A DNA stretch of 16,375 nt, from the NCBI GenBank assembly GCA_050012755.1, contig JBEKGO010000042.1:1-16375 (forward strand). Direction: 5' to 3'. Each line of letters begins with the position of its first letter. The stretch's first letter is position 1. This document shows, piece after piece, positions 1 through 6,887 of this stretch. The position numbers and the translations under genes are program-made. The notes beneath the pieces are model-generated. The model had not been told where the DNA came from. It did not search any database and saw only the letters and a program-made list of their open reading frames with translations. The DNA is from Candidatus Bathyarchaeia archaeon. GTDB lineage: Archaea > Thermoproteota > Bathyarchaeia > Bathyarchaeales > Bathycorpusculaceae.

Positions 1-29
1 CTGGATTTTCTATAAGGAGCATGGAATAG

Positions 30-428
30 TTGAGTAATGAAGCAGACGTTCAATCCGATATTTCCCACATAAAAGTCAAGTTCATCATCGAAGGCTTTGG
101 TGAAGCTGAAGGTGAATTAGTCAGGTTTTTAGCACCAAGAACCATCGACTATATCGTTCGAAAGCTTCCTGTAGAAGGCAGAGCTGCATTATGGAAAGAA
201 GAAGTTTACTTTGAAATCCCAATAAAAATGGGGGAAGAAAAGGCAAAACCAACCGTGGAAACAGGCACAATTGCTTTTTGGCCTATGAGCGGCGCTTTAT
301 GCGTGTTCTACGGCAAGTCACAGCCATATAGTCCTGTGAGCATACTTGGCAAAATAACAAATAATTTGGAGATTTTCAAACAAATAAAAAGTGGAACAAC
401 AATTAAGGTTGAGCTTCTAACGGTTTAA
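30..428 (+). CDS. Cyclophilin-like fold protein (TM1367/DUF369-type)
   Basis: 132 aa, TTG start with GGAG upstream. Pattern APRT...LP.EG.A.LW.EEVYFEIP...E.GTIAFWP...ALCVFYG.SQP.SPV..LG is typical of archaeal cyclophilin-like proteins. Stop overlaps the convergent gene (TTAA 425-428). Confidence 0.85.
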   Translation: MSNEADVQSDISHIKVKFIIEGFGEAEGELVRFLAPRTIDYIVRKLPVEGRAALWKEEVYFEIPIKMGEEKAKPTVETGTIAFWPMSGALCVFYGKSQPYSPVSILGKITNNLEIFKQIKSGTTIKVELLTV

Positions 429-907
429 AAAGCCAAGGAACTTTCTTTCCACATTTGTAGTAGTCGTTCGCATTCTTCTTTTACATTTTTGTCTTCGCTT
501 TTTTCCCGGAGCTCTTGCAAAAACTCGATGCGTTTTGCGACTGAGCGTTTTTCTGCGTTGCCGCCGTAATAGAGTTCGCCTTCTAAGTACTCTTTCATGT
601 GGTAGGCTTTTTGGATGAAAAGGCTAGCAGCGTCAACAGTGTTTTCCACAGCGAACTTGTTTGCCCAGATCGCTGCTTCTGTTTCGCGGAGTTGCGTTAT
701 TCCGTCAATTTCAATTATTTTTCGTATATACGCATTCAAAAAGTCAGAGACCCCTGCAGTTTTGACAAGTTTAAGGGCTCGGTTGACTTTTTCTTTGAAA
801 TCCGATGAGCCCTCAACTGTGAGATTGTGCTTGTAGCCTTCGTCAACTAGTTCTTTTGCAGTTTTTACTTCTTCAGAAGTATAAACTCTTTCAGGAAATT
901 CTTTCAA
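425..907 (-). CDS. Conserved-looking hypothetical protein, possible degenerate zincin-like fold
   Basis: 160 aa, TTG start preceded by AAGGAG. Protein-like composition, fills the gap between neighbours, co-oriented with rps25e. Confidence 0.75.
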   Translation of the reverse strand: MKEFPERVYTSEEVKTAKELVDEGYKHNLTVEGSSDFKEKVNRALKLVKTAGVSDFLNAYIRKIIEIDGITQLRETEAAIWANKFAVENTVDAASLFIQKAYHMKEYLEGELYYGGNAEKRSVAKRIEFLQELREKSEDKNVKEECERLLQMWKESSLAF

Positions 908-965
908 TGAAAACTAAACTCCTTTATATCAAAAAATCTAAAAATAAAAGATTAGCTTGAGCAAG

Positions 966-1298
966 TTAACTTGCTTTTGCCTTGTAGATTTTGATGTTGT
1001 GGCTTCCGGAAATGAGCTGTACTGTACCGTCAGCTTCCAATTGTTCAAGGAAGTCTTTGGCTGCGCTTATTCGTACACCGTACCTTGTTGAAACCGCATA
1101 AGGTGTTAAAACACCCATCTTTTTGACTTCAGCAACGATTTTGGCATCTTTTGCGTCAGGAGCCATGATTCCAACAGTTTTTCTTTCTTTTGGCGGTCCA
1201 GCTTTCTCTTTCTTCTTATCTTGCTTAGCTTTTTCTTCGTCTTGACTGACCTGCTGTTTCTCCATCTGCTTTATGCCGAGCTTCTTTTTTCCACCCAT
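966..1298 (-). CDS. rps25e: 30S ribosomal protein S25e
   Basis: MGGKKK Lys-rich N-terminus and winged-helix segment LTPYAVSTRYGVRISAAKDFLEQLE..G.VQLIS..HNIKIY. ATG at 1298 preferred over the ORF-track GTG at 1307. Confidence 0.92.
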   Translation of the reverse strand: MGGKKKLGIKQMEKQQVSQDEEKAKQDKKKEKAGPPKERKTVGIMAPDAKDAKIVAEVKKMGVLTPYAVSTRYGVRISAAKDFLEQLEADGTVQLISGSHNIKIYKAKAS

Positions 1299-1332
1299 AA
1301 ATTTCACTTTGTTATTCTTTTGTTCTCAACAT

Positions 1333-2838
1333 CTAGAATGGTTGGCTTATTTCAACTTTATGTTGAGCCTTCCATTCTTTGATTGGAACGCCAAGTTTCT
1401 TTTCAACTTCAGTTCTGTGGATGGAGTTCATGGTGCAGAATGGAATTATTCGTCCATCGGGCACAGCATAATGAATCAGGCAGCGTTGTACACGTTCAAG
1501 GTCAAAGTTGTAGGGATCCATAAAATGCATCGCTGAAAGCAAAATTGACTGCCTCTGCAGGTTGCCAAGAGATTTGTAGTCACCTTTTGTAACTACAGGG
1601 AACACTTTTCGTAAGGTGCTAAACTTTAGGTGTCGAACAGTGCCAAGTAACGATAGATATGCTCTAGTTTTGTGTCCACTGGATGCTTTTTCGTAAACAT
1701 CTCTCATTCCAGCAAAGAAAGCGTCAACATTTGCCATTTCACCGATGGTTTTTACTTTGCCTTTGTCAATCATGAGGTATGTTGCCATGCCACAGTGTGG
1801 GTGCGCAGTGAACTCGAGGTATCGTCTATTTTTTAATGCGCCAACAGCTTTAGACACTATAGCCACTGAAGGCACTGGGTAGAAGTCTGAGGTTTTGATC
1901 ATGCCATTTGTTTGCTCTTCAACTTTTTTCATGAAGTCGGGGATTGTGATGCGCATCTTTTCTCGATCTTTTTGGGGCAAACGCCCGCATAAGCTTACAG
2001 GTTGAACATTGATGCATCTTACAACATCAAAGTTTTTGACTGCAAAGTTTACGATATCTCCAAGTTGATGATCGTTTACACCCCTTACTAACGTGACGAC
2101 TAACACAACACTGGTGAATCCTGCTTTGCGAAGGTTCTCAATAGCCTTCATTTTAATGTCAAGCAAATCAACTCCACGGATAAACTTGAAAACATCTGAG
2201 GTTAACCCGTCAAATTGGAGATAAATGGTGCTTACGCCTGCTTCTTTGAGTTCTTTGCAATATTCTACGCTTTGTGAAAGTCTAAGGCCATTCGTATTAA
2301 CTTCCACATGGCTGAAGCCAAGCTCTTTTGCTTTTCGAACGAAATCGGGAAGGTCTTTGCGTATTGTTGGTTCTCCACCAGAGAACTGCAATGCAGTGGC
2401 TGGCACTGGTTTGTTAGCTCGAAGGTTCTCCAACATTCCAGTGATTTGCTCTTTCGTGGGTTCATACACATATCCTGCAGCGGCAGCGTTAGCAAAGCAG
2501 ACTGGGCATGTAAGGTTGCATCTGTTTGTAACGTCAATTATTGCAAGGGCAGTATGCGATTTGTGTTCGGGGCAAATGCCGCAGTCATTTGGGCAACCAT
2601 TCTTCTTTTCGGTTCGGGGATTTTCTATTCCGTCGCCGTCAAAGCGGAATTTTTCCGCGCGCACGTATTGGTCATAGTCTGACCAGTAAAGTTCTTGGAA
2701 ATGCCCATGTTCAGGGCACTCTTTTTTGATGAAGACTTTGCCGTCGTCTTCGTAAATTGTTGCATCTATAGCTTTTAGGCATTCAGGGCAGAGGCTTCTT
2801 GTAGGTTTGATATCTTTCATTTTTTTGCCTTCTAACAT
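1333..2838 (-). CDS. tes: Tetraether lipid synthase Tes / GDGT-macrocyclic archaeol synthase (MJ0619-family radical SAM enzyme)
   Basis: 501 aa. N-terminal rubredoxin-like CPEC...CPEH (C17, C20, C41, H44), auxiliary-cluster CPNDCGIC (C82, C86, C89), radical SAM CNLTCPVC (C107, C111, C114), SGGEPT, YLQFDG, HPHCG, MHFMDPYNFD.ERV.RC.IHY..PDGRIIPFC. Alternative start ATG 2820. Confidence 0.88.
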   Translation of the reverse strand: MLEGKKMKDIKPTRSLCPECLKAIDATIYEDDGKVFIKKECPEHGHFQELYWSDYDQYVRAEKFRFDGDGIENPRTEKKNGCPNDCGICPEHKSHTALAIIDVTNRCNLTCPVCFANAAAAGYVYEPTKEQITGMLENLRANKPVPATALQFSGGEPTIRKDLPDFVRKAKELGFSHVEVNTNGLRLSQSVEYCKELKEAGVSTIYLQFDGLTSDVFKFIRGVDLLDIKMKAIENLRKAGFTSVVLVVTLVRGVNDHQLGDIVNFAVKNFDVVRCINVQPVSLCGRLPQKDREKMRITIPDFMKKVEEQTNGMIKTSDFYPVPSVAIVSKAVGALKNRRYLEFTAHPHCGMATYLMIDKGKVKTIGEMANVDAFFAGMRDVYEKASSGHKTRAYLSLLGTVRHLKFSTLRKVFPVVTKGDYKSLGNLQRQSILLSAMHFMDPYNFDLERVQRCLIHYAVPDGRIIPFCTMNSIHRTEVEKKLGVPIKEWKAQHKVEISQPF

Positions 2839-2921
2839 CTAAGCGGTTTTCGAAGGGCTTAAGAGCATATGTGATGTAATAAGGTTTCCAAACGTTTCCT
2901 AAGGTGATAGAGGGGTAAAAG
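2839..2921. promoter_or_regulatory. Divergent promoter region between tes and trmB
   Basis: 83-bp gap. Minus strand has a BRE/TATA-like GGAAACCTTATTA; plus strand has SD-like AGGTGA and GAGGGG before ATG 2922. Tandem AAGGTTTCCA/AACGTTTCCT at 2881-2900. Confidence 0.55.
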
Positions 2922-3674
2922 ATGGCAATTAACGAGGACACTAGGAATGCTCTGCGAGAAATGGGTTTAAACGCCTACGAAATTGACGCTTACATAGCGT
3001 TGCTTGAAGGCGGGCAGATGACGGCTATGGATATTAGCCAAGAAGCCATGGTTCCCTACAGCAAAATGTACGAGGTTCTCAACTCGCTAAAAGAGAAGGG
3101 ATGGATAAAAAGCAGCGAAACTCGGCCCTTCAAATATTACCCTGTGCCTCCGCTTGAAGCAACAAGATCAACGAAGCTGAGGCTGGAAGATAAATATTTG
3201 ATTTGGGAAAATACTGTGACTCAAACACTTCAGCCCTTGTATGAAAAACGCGAACTTGTTGAACGTCCAGACATGCTTATTTTACGAGGTCAACAAGCCG
3301 TATTGAGCAAAATTGAAGAGGTCCTCAAAAAAGCAACCAAAGAAATAGTAATTGCAGCCCCAGAATTTGCGAAGCCTGTAATTGTTATGGCTGAACCACT
3401 GCTTGGTAGCGGTTTAAGAAAGAATGTCAGCATTAAACTTATGGCAGCTGGAAAAAAGGAAGATTGGCTTTTTATCAAAAAATACTCTGGATTAAATGAG
3501 TTGCGAATTCGCGATCACATGTTCGGCGGCGGCATAATCGCCGACGGAAAAGAAGCCATGCTTTTTCTAGGCGAAGACAAACCAACTCTGGTTATATGGA
3601 GTAATCATGTGGGTTTAGTTGGGTTTGCAAGGGAGTACTTCCAGTTCCTATGGGATTCCTCGTCCACTGCTTAG
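2922..3674 (+). CDS. TrmB-family transcriptional regulator (short, TrmBL2-like size)
   Basis: N-terminal wHTH LREMGLNAYEIDAYIALL.GG.MTA.DISQ...VPYSKMYEVLNSL..KGWI....RPFKYYPVPP, then a coiled helix and a PLD-like C-terminal domain (A.KEIVIA...IIADGKEAML...FAREYFQFLW). Confidence 0.92.
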   Translation: MAINEDTRNALREMGLNAYEIDAYIALLEGGQMTAMDISQEAMVPYSKMYEVLNSLKEKGWIKSSETRPFKYYPVPPLEATRSTKLRLEDKYLIWENTVTQTLQPLYEKRELVERPDMLILRGQQAVLSKIEEVLKKATKEIVIAAPEFAKPVIVMAEPLLGSGLRKNVSIKLMAAGKKEDWLFIKKYSGLNELRIRDHMFGGGIIADGKEAMLFLGEDKPTLVIWSNHVGLVGFAREYFQFLWDSSSTA

Positions 3675-3775
3675 CACCAGTTATTTGCTTGAACCTTTGT
3701 TAAAGGTAAGCAAAAGCATTCATCTTAGAATTTTAGAGACAAAGCTAAAGTTCATTTAAATTGGGCAAGAAATCT

Positions 3776-3800
3776 AACAAAAAAGAAAGGAAGGAAATAT
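3776..3800 (-). terminator. Pyrimidine/U-rich archaeal terminator of the histone gene
   Basis: Minus strand reads TTTCCTTCCTTTCTTTTTTGTT about 20-40 nt after the histone stop. Confidence 0.55.
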
Positions 3801-3816
3801 TTGAGTTATGAAGTTA

Positions 3817-4038
3817 CTATTTTCCCATGACTTTTCTTGCAGCGATTTCTATATCTTCGGATTTAATGGTTTTTCTCCCTGCGTGCATCGCGTAATCAAG
3901 TGCTTCTTTAGCAATCTTGACACCTATATCTTCAAGTGCTTTTGCCAGTTCTTTTGCTGCTGCTTCACTAACTCTGTCAGCACCCGCTTTTTTACATAAT
4001 CTGTGCATGGGGGCTACAGCTATTTCTAAATCGGTCAT
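3817..4038 (-). CDS. Archaeal histone (HMfA/HMfB family)
   Basis: 73 aa. EIAVAPMHRLCKKAGADRVSEAA...A..YA.HAGRKTIKSEDIEIA has the histone-fold RVS loop and the HAGRKT..x.D R-D clamp. GGAG upstream. Confidence 0.97.
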   Translation of the reverse strand: MTDLEIAVAPMHRLCKKAGADRVSEAAAKELAKALEDIGVKIAKEALDYAMHAGRKTIKSEDIEIAARKVMGK

Positions 4039-4139
4039 ATCGACAACTCCGTTGCTTCTTTTTCTTTTTAAAGCAATATTTAACCTTTGTTATCGCTTTT
4101 TCCTTTAAATTATCGTTAAGATAAAACTGACGTTTAACA

Positions 4140-4155
4140 AAGAAAATTATAAAAA
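4140..4155 (+). promoter_or_regulatory. BRE-TATA promoter of tatD
   Basis: AAGAAAA followed by TTATAAAA (4147-4154), about 30 nt before ATG 4184. Consistent with a very short leader. Confidence 0.6.
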
Positions 4156-4183
4156 CACATAGATAATAATAGCGCTGAGAAAA

Positions 4184-4957
4184 ATGAAGCTAATAGATGC
4201 GCATGTCCACCTTTCAGATACAGAATACGCTGGACATATAGATGAGCTAATAGCAGACGCAAAAAACGCTGGCGTAGCGGCTTTAGTGACAAATTCACTG
4301 GATTTTAAAACATGCCAAAACGATCTCGCCCTTGCCCAAGAATATCCCAACTTAGTTTATGCCGCATTAGGAATTCATCCCTGGAATGTGAATGTTCTTA
4401 AGGAAAATGAGATGGAAGAAACAATCGATTTTATCCAAAAACAAAAAAACATAGTTAAAGCAATCGGTGAAATTGGCTTAGACTACAAATACGAAACCAT
4501 CTGGGAAAAACAAATGTCGGTTTTTGACAAAATGCTTCATCTTGCCGAGACGCTTGAACTTCCTGTAATTATTCATTCACGCGGAACGACGGACAAGATC
4601 GTGGAAATGCTTCCTTCGTATCGGCTTAAGCATGTGTTGCTTCATTGGTTTAGCCACCCGATGGCTGCCTTATACAAAGCGATGGATAATGGATACTTTA
4701 TCTCTGAAGGTCCACCAGTGACTTACTCAAACGGTATTCGGGAGGTCGTGGAGAATGTGCCATTGACAAACTTTTTAACCGAAACTGATGGGCCAGTAAC
4801 ATATTGGAAACAACCTTACAATGGACAATTAACAAAGCCTTCATTTATCCGCAATGTTGTTGAAGCAGTGGCTGAAATCAAGAAAATGAAAGTTGAAGAA
4901 GTCGCAGAGCAAGTAGCCAAAAACTTTGAGGTTTTTTTTAAAATAAAACTAGATTAG
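4184..4957 (+). CDS. tatD: TatD-family metal-dependent nuclease
   Basis: IDAHVHL, ALGIHPW, AIGEIGLDY, LPVIIHSR, LLHWFS, FLTETDGP motifs. Confidence 0.96.
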   Translation: MKLIDAHVHLSDTEYAGHIDELIADAKNAGVAALVTNSLDFKTCQNDLALAQEYPNLVYAALGIHPWNVNVLKENEMEETIDFIQKQKNIVKAIGEIGLDYKYETIWEKQMSVFDKMLHLAETLELPVIIHSRGTTDKIVEMLPSYRLKHVLLHWFSHPMAALYKAMDNGYFISEGPPVTYSNGIREVVENVPLTNFLTETDGPVTYWKQPYNGQLTKPSFIRNVVEAVAEIKKMKVEEVAEQVAKNFEVFFKIKLD

Positions 4958-5115
4958 CTCTCTTTCAAGTTCATCAACTTTTCTTGTGTTTTCTCGGTAA
5001 GTTAAATTGCATCATAAGGCGTAAACTTAAATTAAGCCGATTATCTATTTGCATCTGCTCTTGCGCGCAGTGAAGCGTCGGACATTAAAACGTTATTAAT
5101 CTGAGGAATAGAGAT

Positions 5116-5352
5116 TTGGGAAAAGTAAAAACTGATCAAGTTAAACGAGCAGGCAAAGAATTACTTAAACGATTTCCAGATAAATTCACCACCGAATTTG
5201 ATGAAAACAAGGTGTTAGTTAACACTTTAACTAAAGGAACAAGTACCCGAGTAAGAAACCAAATTGCAGGTTACATAACCAGAAAGAAGGCATTAGCTCA
5301 AGCAGACTCTGAAATGGACTCTGACATGAGCGAAGATGAAGAATCTGAATAA
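5116..5352 (+). CDS. rps17e: 30S ribosomal protein S17e
   Basis: MGKVKTDQVKR...ELL.RFPDKFTTEFDENK..V......S.RVRNQIAGYITR with an acidic tail. TTG start, GAGG upstream. Confidence 0.97.
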   Translation: MGKVKTDQVKRAGKELLKRFPDKFTTEFDENKVLVNTLTKGTSTRVRNQIAGYITRKKALAQADSEMDSDMSEDEESE

Positions 5353-5378
5353 CGATAATTTCGGGAAAAGAAATCTCC

Positions 5379-5756
5379 ATGATGGATGACTATCGAAAAG
5401 GATGGGCCCTTAGATACCTTCGTGAAGCAAAAGCTGAATTGGAAGCAGCACGAAAGATACCTTATATGGCGCCTGGTTTAGTTCTGGAAGCGATCAGGAA
5501 AGCACGAAACGCCATATATTACAGTCTAGGAGAACCTGCTTTCATAGAGATACTCATCCATGAAGAGGTAACCAAAAACCCAAATACAAATGACTCAATC
5601 CTGCGTTTTTTAATTGAAATTGAAACCATCATACAACAAATTTCACAATTGGAAGAAGTGAATGAAGATGCTATGATGAAGCAGGCAGATTCAATAGTTA
5701 ACATAGCAACCGATATCGTGGAAACCTTAACCGAAGAAAGGTTCCAGAATTTCTAA
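5379..5756 (+). CDS. All-helical hypothetical protein, HEPN-like
   Basis: 125 aa. YLREAKAELEAA...EAIRKARNAIYYSLG and C-terminal ADSIVNIATDIVE resemble HEPN helices. No Rx4-6H motif. 26 nt downstream of rps17e. Confidence 0.6.
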   Translation: MMDDYRKGWALRYLREAKAELEAARKIPYMAPGLVLEAIRKARNAIYYSLGEPAFIEILIHEEVTKNPNTNDSILRFLIEIETIIQQISQLEEVNEDAMMKQADSIVNIATDIVETLTEERFQNF

Positions 5757-5780
5757 TTCCGATTAGGAATCGCGTAAATA

Positions 5781-5805
5781 ATTTAACTTAACAATTATTA
5801 TAAGC
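5781..5805 (+). promoter_or_regulatory. TATA-like promoter for the ubiquitin-like/DUF62 pair
   Basis: AT-rich ATTTAACTTAACAATTATTATAAG, then GTGAAGGAG SD before ATG 5824. Confidence 0.45.
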
Positions 5806-5823
5806 TTACGTGAAGGAGAATAA

Positions 5824-6108
5824 ATGCCCTTAAACATAAAATTCATCGGTGCATTACGCCACATCTCAGGTAAAACACAATTAACCGTTAACTGTCAGGG
5901 AAGCATATCACTAAAAACGTTGTTGTCGAAGCTTAGCCAAGAATTTCCATCATTGGAAAAAAGCTTCAACGATCAACAACTCAACGATTCAAGATCCAAT
6001 GCGCTAATACTTGTTAACGGCAGGGAAATTAGTGTTCTGAGTGGTTTGGAAACAAAATTAAATGATGGAGACGAAATTGTTTTTGTTCCTGTTGTCCACG
6101 GCGGCTAA
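5824..6108 (+). CDS. MoaD/ThiS/Urm1-SAMP family ubiquitin-like protein
   Basis: 94-aa beta-grasp pattern IKFIGALR..SGK...ILVNGREI..L.GLETKL.DGDEIVFVPVVHGG with free C-terminal diglycine. Confidence 0.93.
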   Translation: MPLNIKFIGALRHISGKTQLTVNCQGSISLKTLLSKLSQEFPSLEKSFNDQQLNDSRSNALILVNGREISVLSGLETKLNDGDEIVFVPVVHGG

Positions 6109-6113
6109 ATAGA

Positions 6114-6887
6114 ATGATAACTTTGACGAGCGACTTTGGTCTAAAAGACCCTTACGTTGCAGAAATGAAAGGGGTAATTTTAACAATTAACCCAAGGGCG
6201 ATAATAGTCGACATAACACATGACATTGAAAGATTCAATATTGGAGTGGCTGCTTTCATGTTGGCTTCAGTAGCATCTTATTTTCCAAAAGGCACAGTCC
6301 ACTTAGCTGTTGTTGATCCTGGCGTGGGCACTGAAAGACGTGCGATTCTAGTTCAAACTAAATGCGGCTTTTTTGTTGGACCTGACAATGGGGTCTTAAT
6401 GTTAGCGGCTCAAAGTCAAGGCATAGAGCGCACATATGAACTTTCAAATCCTAATTTAATGCTTCCAAAAACCTCCAACACTTTTCATGGAAGAGACATT
6501 TTTGCGCCCGCCGCAGCTTACATAGACAAAGGCGCTAAACCACATGAGTTTGGGCCTGAAATAGAAAACCCAGTTTTACCCCGCTTTCCAGCAGTTAAGA
6601 GAAGCAACTACTCATTAACTGGTGAAGTTTTGTATATCGATGGCTTTGGCAATATTATCACTAACATACAAAAGAAAGACATGGTTAATTCTAAAATATT
6701 TAACGTGAAACTAACTGAGGTTACGTTGAAGCTCAAATTTGGTAAAGCCTACGCCGAAGCAGAGCCCAAAGAGCCTATTGTTTTGGTGGGAAGCTACGGC
6801 TTTGTGGAAATAGCAGTAAATCAGGGTAATGCAGCAAGCAAGTTTAATGCGAAAGTGGGAGATAAAATCACAGTTTCCGCTGCTTAA
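6114..6887 (+). CDS. SAM hydrolase / S-adenosylmethionine hydroxide adenosyltransferase (DUF62, halogenase-fold family)
   Basis: ITLTSDFG..DPYVAEMKGVI, HLAVVDPGVGTERR, VGPDNG, SNTFHGRDIFAPAAA, YIDGFGNIITN, EIAVNQGNAA. The Asp-Arg-His triad of hydrolases is present. Confidence 0.93.
   Translation: MITLTSDFGLKDPYVAEMKGVILTINPRAIIVDITHDIERFNIGVAAFMLASVASYFPKGTVHLAVVDPGVGTERRAILVQTKCGFFVGPDNGVLMLAAQSQGIERTYELSNPNLMLPKTSNTFHGRDIFAPAAAYIDKGAKPHEFGPEIENPVLPRFPAVKRSNYSLTGEVLYIDGFGNIITNIQKKDMVNSKIFNVKLTEVTLKLKFGKAYAEAEPKEPIVLVGSYGFVEIAVNQGNAASKFNAKVGDKITVSAA

Noticed and set aside
1333-2838. Annotation as 7,8-dihydro-6-hydroxymethylpterin dimethyltransferase (methanopterin synthesis)
   Set aside because: This is the legacy label of the MJ0619 family, since shown to be the tetraether synthase. 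There is no pterin gene context here.
5066-5106. C/D-box sRNA (GTGAAG ... CTGA)
   Set aside because: The C box is a poor match to RUGAUGA, no D'/C' pair is evident, and CTGA overlaps the rps17e SD.
5379-5756. Active HEPN toxin or defence system
   Set aside because: No Rx4-6H motif, no MNT partner, housekeeping context.
6114-6887. Fluorinase/chlorinase (halogenase) activity
   Set aside because: The DPGVG...R and TFHGRD Asp-Arg-His triad typifies SAM hydrolases; halogenases lack this His.
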